Assembly (NCBI GenBank): GCA_964435035.1 | Contig: CAYSXR010000001.1 | Coordinates: 212,622 to 276,621, forward strand | Origin: an uncultured Gammaproteobacteria bacterium | Lineage (GTDB): Bacteria; Patescibacteriota; Patescibacteriia; Magasanikbacterales; UBA922 | Reading direction: 5' to 3' | DNA: 64,000 bases | In this document: one piece after another, positions 17,865-28,854 of the stretch | How the letters are laid out: each line of letters begins with the position of its first letter | Position numbering within the stretch: position 1 is the first letter of the stretch | Position numbers and translations under genes: made by a program | The notes under the pieces: generated by a model | Database searches by the model: none | What the model saw: only the letters and a program-made list of their open reading frames with translations | What the model was told of the DNA's origin: nothing

Positions 17865-20128
17865 TTGCTACTATACTATATATAGTCGCGTGGATGGTAC
17901 TCGGTGGATTTTCCATGACTGCGTATTCATCAATCTTTGCAAAAAATTGTTTTTTTCAATCAAGCACATTATTGTGTCCGGCAACATTAACACTCGGGCA
18001 GAAAATACTGAGCTTTTCGGCGGTCATATTCATGATTATCGCATTTCTTTTTTTTGGACGCATTATATGGAAATGGTTTAAAGAACAGAATGTTCCTTCA
18101 AAATGGAAGTATGGTCTCGGGTTTGGAATTATAGCGATCGCTCTATTGGTAGTGCCTTTTGGGTCAAGTGACATGAGTTATTATTTTGCTGCAGGCAGAG
18201 CACAGGTTGATGGACTGAATATCTATACCGAGGCCTGGCAAATGGAAAAAGATTTTGTCTATCCAGTGCCTCACGATACAATTATAGGATTTTCATATGG
18301 TCCTATAATTGCGCACATATTCAGAATGTTATATCAGGTATCAGGCGGGGAGATTGTGTGGTTCATGTTGTACTGGAAAATGTTCATGTTTAGTTGTATT
18401 GTTGTAGCTGTTCTTTTAATAAAAAAGTTGATACATATACTTGGTTCATTAATAGATAAGAAAGCTCTGTATGCTGTATTTCTACTGCAACCATTAGTAC
18501 TATTTGAAGTTCTGGTTAATGGGCATTTTGATGTATTGTGGATACTCGCAGTGCTTGCGGCAATTATCTATGCTCACAAAAAAAGATGGTCACTGGTTAT
18601 CCCATTGTTGATTGTGGGTGTTTGGATCAAATTTGTTCCAGCACTCATCGCACCTTTTTTTCTTTTATGGTGGTGGCAATCATTCACCAAAGAAAATTGG
18701 AAAATACAGATGTATGAAACAGTAGTAGGCGTGTCTCTTGGTGCTTTAGTAACTGTTGCTGCATGGTACTCGTATTGGGAGGGCTTCTCAGTGTTCAAAT
18801 CAGTCGTTATACAATCCAAGTGGGCTGTCCTAACTCTGTTTGCATCATTTTATTTTTCACTCAAGCCATTGTTTGTTAGTTGGTTTCAGGATGATGCACA
18901 CTGGGTACTTACTCGACTAGTGCACGGATTAGTATTTGCTATATTTGCATACTTCCTTTGGCCATATGTGAAAAAAGTTATTGCGATTACGCAAAAAAAA
19001 ATAACCTGGAGTACTGGTGAATATATAACTGCAATGTTTGTATTCTTATTAGTATATTTGTTGGTATGGCAAAAGTCATTTTTACCATGGTATGGGTTGT
19101 GGTTTTTACCATTTGGCTTGATATTGTACAGCATTTATAAGAATATTTTGGTGTTTCGAATTACGAGATGGCTTATGATTGCACCGTTTGTATACTATTT
19201 GTTATGGCTCATTGACTGGTATCTCACGAGAACTGACGCAGCAGCTGAGATATGGTTTTGTTGGTCAATAGTCGCAATCGTATTTCTGTATCCACTCCAC
19301 AATCTACTTGTGTGGAGGAAAAATTCTTTTGAAATTAAAGAATCTACCGCAGAACATCAGTTTTCAAAGGGCGAAAGTCCGATTAGTTTTGTGTTTCGTC
19401 AGATATATAAAATAGTTTTTGCTTATCCATTTAGTACATTTGTCGCAGGTATTTTTCTTTTTAAAAAATCATCAAACAAAGAAAAGAAAGAATATACGCA
19501 TTGTTTTATTATCACCTCAGTTATTTATCCAAAAAATACAGCATTGAGTTATGCGTCCACTCGGTCAGTCTATTCTCCAGAGAAAAGATATGAGCAGACT
19601 ATTGCTACTATTAATTCAATACGTACCAGAGTGCCTGATGCATATATTATTTGTATTGAGGCAGGGCTTGAATCAGATCCATTTGATTTGAAACATAGTG
19701 TTGATACCTATATATATGGGGGCAGTAATAGATGGGTGCGCCATGCATGCGACAGCAGTCTCAAAAGTTTGGGTGAAGCGGTGATGCTTTTATTCGCCTA
19801 TAAGAAGTTGCCTATAGCAGAGAGATATTTCAAAATAAGTGGGAGATATTGCCTAACAAATGATTTTAGTCTAGAGGATTGGGAGAAAAGTGAAATAGTA
19901 TATCACTATATTCGTCCTGATTTTATTTCAACAAGACTGTATGGCTTTGCTGCGACCATGAAGCAAGAATGGTATAAGGCACTTATTGCAGGTGTTCCAT
20001 ATCTATTCCTCGATTATCCGATAGAGTATACGCTTGCACGTTTTACTAAGAGAGAAAAAATTTCAAAAATTGAAAAAGTAGGTATCGAAGGCACTGACGC
20101 CACTAATGGGAAAAAGGTAAGAGAATAA
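17861..20128 (+). CDS. GT-C-type membrane glycosyltransferase fused to a soluble C-terminal domain
   Basis: SSDMSYY...GR, YGP, P...E...NGHFD and IKF resemble MptA/B-GT87-like proteins. The C-terminal ~215 aa are soluble (IITSVI, RYEQT..TI.SIR, FKISGRY). Confidence 0.65.
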   Translation: MIATILYIVAWMVLGGFSMTAYSSIFAKNCFFQSSTLLCPATLTLGQKILSFSAVIFMIIAFLFFGRIIWKWFKEQNVPSKWKYGLGFGIIAIALLVVPFGSSDMSYYFAAGRAQVDGLNIYTEAWQMEKDFVYPVPHDTIIGFSYGPIIAHIFRMLYQVSGGEIVWFMLYWKMFMFSCIVVAVLLIKKLIHILGSLIDKKALYAVFLLQPLVLFEVLVNGHFDVLWILAVLAAIIYAHKKRWSLVIPLLIVGVWIKFVPALIAPFFLLWWWQSFTKENWKIQMYETVVGVSLGALVTVAAWYSYWEGFSVFKSVVIQSKWAVLTLFASFYFSLKPLFVSWFQDDAHWVLTRLVHGLVFAIFAYFLWPYVKKVIAITQKKITWSTGEYITAMFVFLLVYLLVWQKSFLPWYGLWFLPFGLILYSIYKNILVFRITRWLMIAPFVYYLLWLIDWYLTRTDAAAEIWFCWSIVAIVFLYPLHNLLVWRKNSFEIKESTAEHQFSKGESPISFVFRQIYKIVFAYPFSTFVAGIFLFKKSSNKEKKEYTHCFIITSVIYPKNTALSYASTRSVYSPEKRYEQTIATINSIRTRVPDAYIICIEAGLESDPFDLKHSVDTYIYGGSNRWVRHACDSSLKSLGEAVMLLFAYKKLPIAERYFKISGRYCLTNDFSLEDWEKSEIVYHYIRPDFISTRLYGFAATMKQEWYKALIAGVPYLFLDYPIEYTLARFTKREKISKIEKVGIEGTDATNGKKVRE

Positions 20129-20132
20129 TTGT

Positions 20133-21434
20133 ATGAATATAGTCACCCTAGTCAAGGAACTCAAGGATAAAAAATTTGTACGTGATACGACGTATTTATA
20201 TGTGAGTGCTGTTCTGAATGGTTTGTCATTATTTTTGGTGAGTGTATTGCTTGGTCGTAATTTCGAAAAAGAATGGTTTGCAATTTTCTCACTTTCAATT
20301 CTTGCGCTGAGTACTGTCGCAGAAATGTCTGATCTGGGGCTCAATGGGGGATTGCTTCGATTTGCCCCATTCTATATTGCTCATCAAGAATTCGATAAAT
20401 TAAAACAGTTAGTAAAAACAGTTGCGAAGTGGAGACTGATTATGGCAACATTAGTCACAGTACTCGGTATATTGTTGTCTTATCCAATAGCTCATTTCAT
20501 CTTGAAACAAGAAGAGATGGTTGGATACCTTGCATTTTCGTTTATGGGTATTGGTGGTGTAATCTTTTTAGGATTTATTTCGACCTATCTACAATCTGCA
20601 CAAAGATTTTTTTATCATGCAGGATTGCAGACGCTCAAAGGGGTGTTACGGCTTGGTCTCATTGGATTGTTAATTTTATTAGGCGTTACCAATATCTATT
20701 ATTATCTCGGAGTATACATTTGTGTACCATGGGTATTATTCATTGTTAATTTTCATGTATTGCCACGTGGATTTGTACGGGTAATAATTGATGATGAGGT
20801 GCGAAAAAAAATGCATACCCAATTAGCAAAATTTAGTGCGTGGCTTACGATCTGGTCATTATTTTCGATTGTTGCGAGTAGGATTGATCAGGTAATAATT
20901 AGTCGGTATCTTGGCCTCGAAGAGGTCGCAATCTATGCGGTTGCGTACCAACTGATACAATTTTATCCCTACATTGCACAATCGATAACTGCAGTTCTTG
21001 CTCCAAAAATAAACGGGCTACATTCTGCAGAAGAAATTCAAGCTTTTTTAAAGCGTTCGTTGAAGTGGATTGTATTGATAATAATTGGAGTTGGTATAGT
21101 GGTTTACCCCTCACAATATGTAATCACTTTGTTATTTGGTACTGAGTATGTGGGGGCACTGCCAGTATATCTGGTATTGGCGTACAGTCTGGTATTGAAT
21201 TTACTGAGTGTACCATTTTCTCTGGTTATTACCGCGTACAACCGAACGTACCTGATGGCTTTTTCAGGAGTAGTACAGTTGGTCATTAATATTATTGGCA
21301 CCATTCTCCTTATTCCACGTTTTGGAATTATGGGAGCAGGGTATACATTTTTGCTTGGTATTGTGGTATCGGTAGTATATAATATGATCTGCTCATATTA
21401 CTTACTTACGTATAAAAAAATTATTGTTGAATGA
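20133..21434 (+). CDS. wzx: Polysaccharide flippase (Wzx/MOP family)
   Basis: About 12 TMs, DLGL, RIDQVIISRYLG...VAIYAVA, LLIPRFGIMGA. Confidence 0.85.
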   Translation: MNIVTLVKELKDKKFVRDTTYLYVSAVLNGLSLFLVSVLLGRNFEKEWFAIFSLSILALSTVAEMSDLGLNGGLLRFAPFYIAHQEFDKLKQLVKTVAKWRLIMATLVTVLGILLSYPIAHFILKQEEMVGYLAFSFMGIGGVIFLGFISTYLQSAQRFFYHAGLQTLKGVLRLGLIGLLILLGVTNIYYYLGVYICVPWVLFIVNFHVLPRGFVRVIIDDEVRKKMHTQLAKFSAWLTIWSLFSIVASRIDQVIISRYLGLEEVAIYAVAYQLIQFYPYIAQSITAVLAPKINGLHSAEEIQAFLKRSLKWIVLIIIGVGIVVYPSQYVITLLFGTEYVGALPVYLVLAYSLVLNLLSVPFSLVITAYNRTYLMAFSGVVQLVINIIGTILLIPRFGIMGAGYTFLLGIVVSVVYNMICSYYLLTYKKIIVE

Positions 21435-21435
21435 T

Positions 21436-22233
21436 ATGAGTCTCACTGCTCACTGTCTGATTAAGAATGAGGAAAATTTTATTGAGTATGCAGTTCTTTC
21501 TGTAATTGATTTTGTTGATCAAATTTTGATTTTTGATACAGGTTCTACGGATAAGACTGTTCACATTCTTAAAAGAATTCAAAAACAATTTCCTGATAAG
21601 GTTATTTTTGAAGAAAAAGGAGAATGCGATAAAATAAAACACACTCAATTGCGCCAGGAAATGTTAGATCGAACAAATACTGAATGGTTTATGGTGTTGG
21701 ATGGAGATGAAGTGTGGACACGTAGAGCTATGGAAGAGGCTGTAAACTTAATTAAAAAAAATAAAGAAATAAAGTGCATTATTACACCTTTTTATCTGTG
21801 TGTAGGAGATGTCTTTCATGCATACCCGGTAAGAAAGAATTTTAGCATGCTCGGGAAAAAGGGATTTTTTACAGTTCGCTTTTTTCAAAAATCTCATGTA
21901 AGATGGGTCGGGGAGTATGGGGTAGATACTCTTGTTGATAGTTCAAACTCACTAGCATTCAATAATAGTAATTCTCTTTTTTTAAAGGAAAAATTTTGGC
22001 ATTTAACTCATTTAGAAAGATCATCATTACAAGACGATATTTTTTCTTCAGGAGGTTATCGAACGTTAAAATTAAGAGAAACTTATTTTTTGATTGGTAG
22101 AAAAATACAAGAGGATATACCTGAAGTGTTTGATAGTATTTTTATAAAAAAAAATAAATTATTTTTTTTAAAATCTTTAATTAATTTTATTATATGGAGT
22201 ATAAGGAGACTTATGAAAAGTTTTGGAAATTAG
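21436..22233 (+). CDS. GT2 glycosyltransferase
   Basis: KNEE, DTGSTDKT, LDGDE. Confidence 0.85.
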   Translation: MSLTAHCLIKNEENFIEYAVLSVIDFVDQILIFDTGSTDKTVHILKRIQKQFPDKVIFEEKGECDKIKHTQLRQEMLDRTNTEWFMVLDGDEVWTRRAMEEAVNLIKKNKEIKCIITPFYLCVGDVFHAYPVRKNFSMLGKKGFFTVRFFQKSHVRWVGEYGVDTLVDSSNSLAFNNSNSLFLKEKFWHLTHLERSSLQDDIFSSGGYRTLKLRETYFLIGRKIQEDIPEVFDSIFIKKNKLFFLKSLINFIIWSIRRLMKSFGN

Positions 22234-22871
22234 CTATTAATAATAAATTTGAGGATTACGAACGCAATCTCATTCTTGAAAGTTTTTTTCCAAAAACGAA
22301 CAATAAAGAAAAAGTGGCAGATATTGCCGGGGGTTCAGGCATTGTATCAGAGTGGATGGAAAAACAAGGATATGAGGTAACCTTGATAGAATTTAGTGAT
22401 AATGCTGTTGCGCAGGCTAAGATAAGAGGAATAAAAAATATTTATCAAGGAATGGTTGAGAAGAGAGGAAGTCTGCCTTTTTCAGATGATTCTTTTGATA
22501 TAGTTTTTTTTGGCGATATCATTGAGCATTTGTTTGATCCTGAATCAGCGCTGTTAGAGATGAGTAGAATCTTAAAACCAGGAGGTAAACTGATTATCTC
22601 TTGTCCTAATGTTGCTTATTGGAGATTTAGAACTTATTATCTTGTAGATGGAGATTTTCATCGTGTTGATGTTGCAAAACAAAAGCCATGGGAACAGGAA
22701 CACATTCGTTTTTTTAATATAAAAATTTTAAAAGAATTTTTACAAAAACTTAGATTTAGTTTTTTACGCTATGAAGGTGTGAACAATATTTGGCACTCCC
22801 GTTTCCTTGCTAGCTATTTCCCCAATTTATTTGCTCACACTATTGTTTCAGAATTTATAAATAAAAAATAA
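22194..22871 (+). CDS. Class I SAM-dependent methyltransferase
   Basis: VADIAGGSG, LPFSDDSFD, IIEHL, LKPGG. Confidence 0.85.
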   Translation: MEYKETYEKFWKLAINNKFEDYERNLILESFFPKTNNKEKVADIAGGSGIVSEWMEKQGYEVTLIEFSDNAVAQAKIRGIKNIYQGMVEKRGSLPFSDDSFDIVFFGDIIEHLFDPESALLEMSRILKPGGKLIISCPNVAYWRFRTYYLVDGDFHRVDVAKQKPWEQEHIRFFNIKILKEFLQKLRFSFLRYEGVNNIWHSRFLASYFPNLFAHTIVSEFINKK

Positions 22872-22893
22872 TTTATTACATTTGAAACATTGT

Positions 22894-23559
22894 ATGAAAA
22901 GAAACTATAGGTATGATCCAAATCCAGTCAATACACACATGCTTTTGTTAAATGAAATAGCCGAGAATACTCGAGTTCTTGAAGTGGGTACTGCGAGCGG
23001 TTACTTGGGTGAATACCTGATACACGAGAAGAAGTGTGAAGTATGGGGAGTAGAGCCTATGCGTGAATTATATCTCGACGCAGAGAGTATTGGATATACA
23101 AAACTGTTCAATAAAACAGCTGAGGAGTGTATTCGAGATAATGATCTGAAGGATCAAAAATTTGATTATATATTATTGGGAGATGTGCTTGAACACATGA
23201 CCAATCCTCATGCAGTGATGAAAAGCTTGCGGGAGTACTTGAAGCCAGAAGGTAAATGTGTGATTTCACTCCCGAATGTTGCACATTACTCAATACGCTG
23301 GGCATTGCTCAGAGGTAAATGGGATATGACTGATTCAGGAATTATGGATCGGACTCATTTTGTATTTTTTACCAGGAAAACAATGCGTGAGATGATCGAG
23401 CAAAGCGGATATGAGATTGTACTCGACCGCCCATCAGCTGGGTATATTGAGAGATTTTTGCGTCGAGCTGCACATGTGGGTAGACGAGTGCTCTTTATGT
23501 TTCCCGAATTGTGCGCAGTGCAATTTATACTTACAGCAAAACCAAAGAAAGATATATGA
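22894..23559 (+). CDS. Class I SAM-dependent methyltransferase
   Basis: VLEVGTASG, DVLEH, SLPNVAH, GIMDRTH. Confidence 0.85.
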   Translation: MKRNYRYDPNPVNTHMLLLNEIAENTRVLEVGTASGYLGEYLIHEKKCEVWGVEPMRELYLDAESIGYTKLFNKTAEECIRDNDLKDQKFDYILLGDVLEHMTNPHAVMKSLREYLKPEGKCVISLPNVAHYSIRWALLRGKWDMTDSGIMDRTHFVFFTRKTMREMIEQSGYEIVLDRPSAGYIERFLRRAAHVGRRVLFMFPELCAVQFILTAKPKKDI

Positions 23560-24260
23560 TTCGAGTAGAGATTGCAATCCTCTCATACAATGAGTCAAAA
23601 AATATACCCGTATTGATGGAGTTTCTTTCGGTTGTGCGCGGACAGTTACGTGAAGTTGATCTGCATATGGTAATTATTAATAATGGGTCGACTGATGATA
23701 CTGAAGAGGTGATTCGACAGATTGAATCAAAATATTCGTTTGTTCGTCATTATACAATTCCTGTAAACAAAGGGTATGGGTATGGTGTGCGTACTGGTCT
23801 CAACAACTTGAATGGGGATATTGTAGGCTTCATGTGGGGGGATAATCAATTCGACGTAGCAATCCTACTCCCAATGATTAATGCGTTTGTTGAAAATACT
23901 ACTATTAAAATAGTGAAAACATATCGAGTGGCACGGCATGATGGTAAGCTCAGACTATGGGTGAGTAAAATGTATCAATTATTATTCCGTTTGTTGTACG
24001 GCATCTACACTCATGACATTAATTCTGGTCCAAAATTATTTCGGTCTAGTTTTTTGAACAAATTAGGAACCCTGGTTTCAGATGATTGGTTTATTGATGC
24101 TGAAATAATGATAAAAGCAACGAGACTTATTCAATCTAATGAGGTCAGAGAATTTCCAATTACTTTTTTTCCACGCAAATTTGGAAAATCAAATGTACGA
24201 TTGAGTACCTGTTTTCAGTTTTTGTGGAACCTGATTAAATACAAGTTTATAAAACTCTGA
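23556..24260 (+). CDS. GT2 glycosyltransferase (DPM1-like)
   Basis: YNE, NNGSTDDT, NKGYG, GDNQ, R..G.S; ATGA overlap at 23556. Confidence 0.8.
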   Translation: MIRVEIAILSYNESKNIPVLMEFLSVVRGQLREVDLHMVIINNGSTDDTEEVIRQIESKYSFVRHYTIPVNKGYGYGVRTGLNNLNGDIVGFMWGDNQFDVAILLPMINAFVENTTIKIVKTYRVARHDGKLRLWVSKMYQLLFRLLYGIYTHDINSGPKLFRSSFLNKLGTLVSDDWFIDAEIMIKATRLIQSNEVREFPITFFPRKFGKSNVRLSTCFQFLWNLIKYKFIKL

Positions 24261-24264
24261 TCGT

Positions 24265-25149
24265 ATGAAAAAAAAGATGGTTTTTATAACAGGTGCGACA
24301 GGTTTTTTGGGACAACATCTGGTACCCCATTTGATGAAGCAGGGTTTTCGGGTTGCGGCATTAGTAAGAAACAAGAAAAAGATTACTATCTTTGGGCAGA
24401 ATGCTTCAAAAATCATATGGTGCACCAAAGAGAGTGAGATAGATCGGGTGTTCAATCAAGGGGTTGATTGTGTAATACATTGCGCGACAAGCTATGGGCG
24501 AGAAAAAGATACTTTTGCAGATGTGGTTGAGGCGAATGTTCTATTGCCTGTGAACATTCTCGAAAAAGCATGTATGTACGGCTGTCCATTATTTATTAAT
24601 ACGGATACATTCTTTCATGAAAAATTAGGACTTAAATCAAAAGAAAAAAGTTATATCACTACCAAAAAATTATTTCTTGAGCTTGCTCGGAGTATTATTC
24701 AGGGAAGTGACATGTGTTTTGTAAACATGCGTTTGGAGCAGATGTACGGCCCTTTTGATAGTCGTGATAAATTTGTTATGAGCATTATTCAACAGTTACG
24801 TGCCGGAATACCACAAATCAAATTAACTGAAGGAAAACAAAAAAGAGATATGGTGTTTGTTGGTGACGTTGCGCGTGCATATACTTCTGTCATTGCGCAT
24901 GCTGATACCCTGAAACAATGGGAAGAATTTGGTATAGGGACGGGCTCTTCGGTGTCAATAAAAAATATCATAACGTTTCTAAAAAAAGAGACAAAGTCTG
25001 ATTCGCATCTGTTGTGGGGGCAAATACCCTATCGAGAGCATGAGATAATGGACTCAAAAGCGCAAGTGAAAAATAATAAAAAGATAGAGTGGAAAGCAGG
25101 GGTGGGTTGGAAGCAGGGTTTACAGAAGACGATAGAAAGTCTGTTATGA
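24265..25149 (+). CDS. SDR resembling CDP-paratose/abequose synthase (RfbS/RfbJ-like)
   Basis: TGATGFLG, HCATSYGR, FINTDTFF, YITTK, RLEQMYGP.D, LTEGKQKRD. Confidence 0.7.
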   Translation: MKKKMVFITGATGFLGQHLVPHLMKQGFRVAALVRNKKKITIFGQNASKIIWCTKESEIDRVFNQGVDCVIHCATSYGREKDTFADVVEANVLLPVNILEKACMYGCPLFINTDTFFHEKLGLKSKEKSYITTKKLFLELARSIIQGSDMCFVNMRLEQMYGPFDSRDKFVMSIIQQLRAGIPQIKLTEGKQKRDMVFVGDVARAYTSVIAHADTLKQWEEFGIGTGSSVSIKNIITFLKKETKSDSHLLWGQIPYREHEIMDSKAQVKNNKKIEWKAGVGWKQGLQKTIESLL

Positions 25150-26972
25150 TTTATTGGCTGGTACAATCCATTGCAGTTTTTGTGGTAGGCGTGCTGCAGC
25201 TAATCCCATTTTCTGATGCGGTAAGCGCTCTTGCGGAAGGCGTTTTTTCACTCACTTCAACTACCGGGTACTCAATGGCGCGGAGTATTCTTTCGTATGG
25301 GATATACTTTGGTATCATCGCCGTTGGTGTGTGTATATACCTTTTTCGTAGAAAAAGTATACATACTGAGAAAACTGTAGAATTGCAGATAGTAAAGAGT
25401 TCTATCCCTAGAAAAGAGTGGTATATTGTTTTTGCAACAATCATCTTATTCGGATTTTTAGTCGTTCTCTTTAGGGAAAGAGTTTTTGATGCGCGCGTGA
25501 TATACAGTGAAGAGTTTTATAATTTGTCAGCACTGATCGAATTCCAGGGCAAAAGTTTCGATATTATATATCCATATTCAATTGGAAATTTGATCATGTT
25601 ACAAGTATTTGGCTGGTTGGGTATAAGCTCTTTTGTGTTCAAAATTATCTTAAACTCGCTTGCATTGATATTTCTCTATTGGGCAATTAGCACACTTGTT
25701 TCAAAAATAAAAACCAGAATGTTTGCTTTTTTTTGGGTGATTATATTTTTTGTACAACCTCTGATTTCGCCTTCGATGCATCGAAATCTGTTTAGGTTTT
25801 TATTACCCGCACTCATTCCAATTGTATTAGAATACATTGCACGTCGCACGTATTCAAAATCTTATACCAAAATATTGTTATTAATACTGTTCAATAGTGC
25901 GCTATTATTTTTTGGATCTGCTGATATTCTTGCACTAGGGTATATTATTTACGGACTTCACGTAGTTGGTTTATGGTTTGAAAAGAGAAGTATAAGAGAG
26001 ACTGTACTGTTTCTATATACCCCCTTTATAGGAGTGCTTGGCATGCTCAGTATTACGAACTTTACATATATCGAAATATTGAAGAATCAATTATCTTCAA
26101 TTGTGTACTATTCTGGATATGCGAATACAACACCGTATCTTAGTCTATTTCAGATTTTTTCCAGTGAAAGTATAACGTCTCTTATAAAACAACTCATTTC
26201 TGCGCCAATTTATTATCTGCCCATACTTGTGATGGGAAGTACTGTAGTATTCATTATTCTGTCGTACAGAAAATATGGACTTAATGCGGGATATTTTAGA
26301 TTACTCTTTTTATTGGTAGTATCATATATACTCTATTTCAGACAAAATTTAGGAGACGCAGGAATTGGGAGAATTGGTATTGCAAGTTCTGTCTTGATAT
26401 TTATTGTGCTTACACTCACTCATTTTCGTGAGCGGGCAGCAAAAAGTATCATACAATGGAGTGTGGTATTTTTTATCCTAATTACCTTAGTAAGTGCATA
26501 CTCTTTTTATTATTCAGCACTCGATTTGAAAAATAACTATTTTAAACAGCAAAATCATGGCGGAATGATGCCTTGTAAAGATTCATTTATAGGTGAAAAG
26601 TTGCGTTTTGCAGGGTTTGAATGGTGTGATGCGGGTGTGATTGCTGATTTTGCTGTACTCAGAGAAAAAGTTGGTGATAATTCTATATACGTATATGACG
26701 ACACATTTGCTCTATACTATATACTGGGAAAGCGGCCTGTAGCCTTGATTCCTGCGTATTACATGGCGTATAGTAGGCAGGATATACTTCTTGAGAAGAT
26801 GGATAATGATAACATTGAAATATTGGTATATCCGAAAGACCTTCATTTTTTTGGAGTACCAAGTGAGTATCTGTCTGATTTTAGATTGATGAGTAGGGTT
26901 AATGCATATCGGGATGAGTATTTTGGAGAGCCTATTGATACTCCTCTCTACACTCTTTACGAAAAAAAATAA
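25146..26972 (+). CDS. Polytopic membrane protein, possible GT-C transferase or polymerase
   Basis: More than 10 hydrophobic segments plus a soluble C-terminal domain; no diagnostic motif recognised. Confidence 0.5.
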   Translation: MIYWLVQSIAVFVVGVLQLIPFSDAVSALAEGVFSLTSTTGYSMARSILSYGIYFGIIAVGVCIYLFRRKSIHTEKTVELQIVKSSIPRKEWYIVFATIILFGFLVVLFRERVFDARVIYSEEFYNLSALIEFQGKSFDIIYPYSIGNLIMLQVFGWLGISSFVFKIILNSLALIFLYWAISTLVSKIKTRMFAFFWVIIFFVQPLISPSMHRNLFRFLLPALIPIVLEYIARRTYSKSYTKILLLILFNSALLFFGSADILALGYIIYGLHVVGLWFEKRSIRETVLFLYTPFIGVLGMLSITNFTYIEILKNQLSSIVYYSGYANTTPYLSLFQIFSSESITSLIKQLISAPIYYLPILVMGSTVVFIILSYRKYGLNAGYFRLLFLLVVSYILYFRQNLGDAGIGRIGIASSVLIFIVLTLTHFRERAAKSIIQWSVVFFILITLVSAYSFYYSALDLKNNYFKQQNHGGMMPCKDSFIGEKLRFAGFEWCDAGVIADFAVLREKVGDNSIYVYDDTFALYYILGKRPVALIPAYYMAYSRQDILLEKMDNDNIEILVYPKDLHFFGVPSEYLSDFRLMSRVNAYRDEYFGEPIDTPLYTLYEKK

Positions 26973-26973
26973 T

Positions 26974-28854
26974 ATGTGCGGAATTGTCGGAGTAATACAT
27001 AAAAACTACGATATCAAGGAAAAATTGTTCCATGATATGGTTGCAGAGGTAAGTCATCGTGGCCCTGAACATCAAGGTCTCTGGTTTGCTTCGAATAAAA
27101 AAGTTGCACTCGGACATCGAAGACTTGCTATTATTGATGTATCAGCCGCAGGAAATCAACCCATGCAGATAGCAAATGGGCGCTACACAATTACATTCAA
27201 TGGTGAAATTTATAATTACCGTGAACTGAAGAGTGAGCTTGAAAAAAAGGGGTACCAATTCAAATCATTAAGCGACACCGAAGTATTATTGAATGCATAT
27301 GCAGAATGGGGTCATGAGTGTGTAAAAAAACTAAATGGCATGTTTGCGTTTGGTATTTGGGATGAAGAGAAAAAAGAATTGTTTGTAGCGCGAGATCATG
27401 TAGGGGAAAAGCCACTCAAATATTATGTTAGTGAAGAAAAGTTTATTTTTGCTTCTGAAATTAAAGCAATTTTAAAAGATGATAGTGTTACACGTGAGAT
27501 TGATTGGCCGGCTATTGATCTCGCGTTAAGTTTCCGCTATGTGCCTTCTCCATACACTGGATTTAAAGCGATAAAAAAATTACCCGCAGGACATTATCTG
27601 ATATGGAAGAATGGTAAAATTGAAATTACCAAATATTGGTTTCCAGAAACGATACAAGTACACAAAGGAAAAAGTGTAGATGGGTGGAAGACTGAATTAT
27701 GGGCTCTCTTCGCTGACTCTGTAAAAAAACGTTTAATGAGTGATGTGCCTCTGGGGGCATTACTGAGTGGTGGACTTGATTCAACATCAGTTGTTGCGGC
27801 AGCACATGAAGTATCGCTAGAAAAACTTAATACCTTTGTCATCAGTATTGGTGGAACAAGTAAGGACGTTGAATACGCAGAAATCGCAGCAAAATATTTC
27901 AATACCAATCACCACTCAATTGTTTTAGAAGATATTGATTTTTCTTCTGCATTATCTCGTTTAGGTAAGCAATATGACGAGCCATTTTTTGACCAAGCAG
28001 CACTTCCGACCATGCTTATAAGCGAGGCAATGAAAAAAGAGGTGACCGTAGTCTTGTCTGGAGATGGGGGAGACGAATTGTTTGGTGGCTACTCATCATA
28101 TGCACAAGTGCCATTTTTCAGGAAAATAAGCAGTAGCCCGAAGTTTTTGAGAGTATTATTGAGTCATATACTTAGAGTAAATAACAAGCGCTCATATCAG
28201 GCAGAAGTACTCTCACGATCGTTTGCAGAAATATATACTGAATATTATAGCCTCTGGAAAACATCGCTTCCGATAAGTCAGAGATATATTACCAAAGATG
28301 ATCTCTATCTTCCCGAGACCCGAAAGAAAATCCTTTCAGCAAATGCTTCTAATCTTATGCAAGAGTGGTTTTTCGGTAAGAGTACTGATGTGGTGAATAA
28401 CGTGATGCTCGCAGACATTAGAGGTCGTTTGCCAGATGGGTATTTGGCAAAAGTAGATTTTAGCGCTATGGTCCATGCGATTGAGACAAGACCCCCGTTC
28501 CTTGATCCACGTCTCGTTGAATTATCACTCTCAATTCCAAGTACATTAAAGATACAGAATGGTGTAGGAAAACATATCTGGAAAGAAACCGTAAAAGAAA
28601 AAATTCCTGCAACTATTATGAATCGCGCCAAAGCTGGATTTGGTATCCCACTTCATTCTCTGATGGTTGATGAAATGAAGGGTTTGGTTGAAGATAAAAT
28701 TATTCAGAGTGGATCGGGTATTCACCGGTATTTTTCAAAAAAAACAATAGAAAAACTATGGCATGATCACAAAGAAGGCAAAGTCGATTACAGTAATCAC
28801 CTCTGGTCACTACTTATGCTCGAACTATGGCTCAACGAATACCGCGCACAATAA
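26974..28854 (+). CDS. asnB: Asparagine synthase (glutamine-hydrolysing) family amidotransferase
   Basis: MCGI N-terminus, GHRRLAIID, NGEIYN, LLSGGLDS, SGDGGDELFGGY. Confidence 0.92.
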   Translation: MCGIVGVIHKNYDIKEKLFHDMVAEVSHRGPEHQGLWFASNKKVALGHRRLAIIDVSAAGNQPMQIANGRYTITFNGEIYNYRELKSELEKKGYQFKSLSDTEVLLNAYAEWGHECVKKLNGMFAFGIWDEEKKELFVARDHVGEKPLKYYVSEEKFIFASEIKAILKDDSVTREIDWPAIDLALSFRYVPSPYTGFKAIKKLPAGHYLIWKNGKIEITKYWFPETIQVHKGKSVDGWKTELWALFADSVKKRLMSDVPLGALLSGGLDSTSVVAAAHEVSLEKLNTFVISIGGTSKDVEYAEIAAKYFNTNHHSIVLEDIDFSSALSRLGKQYDEPFFDQAALPTMLISEAMKKEVTVVLSGDGGDELFGGYSSYAQVPFFRKISSSPKFLRVLLSHILRVNNKRSYQAEVLSRSFAEIYTEYYSLWKTSLPISQRYITKDDLYLPETRKKILSANASNLMQEWFFGKSTDVVNNVMLADIRGRLPDGYLAKVDFSAMVHAIETRPPFLDPRLVELSLSIPSTLKIQNGVGKHIWKETVKEKIPATIMNRAKAGFGIPLHSLMVDEMKGLVEDKIIQSGSGIHRYFSKKTIEKLWHDHKEGKVDYSNHLWSLLMLELWLNEYRAQ

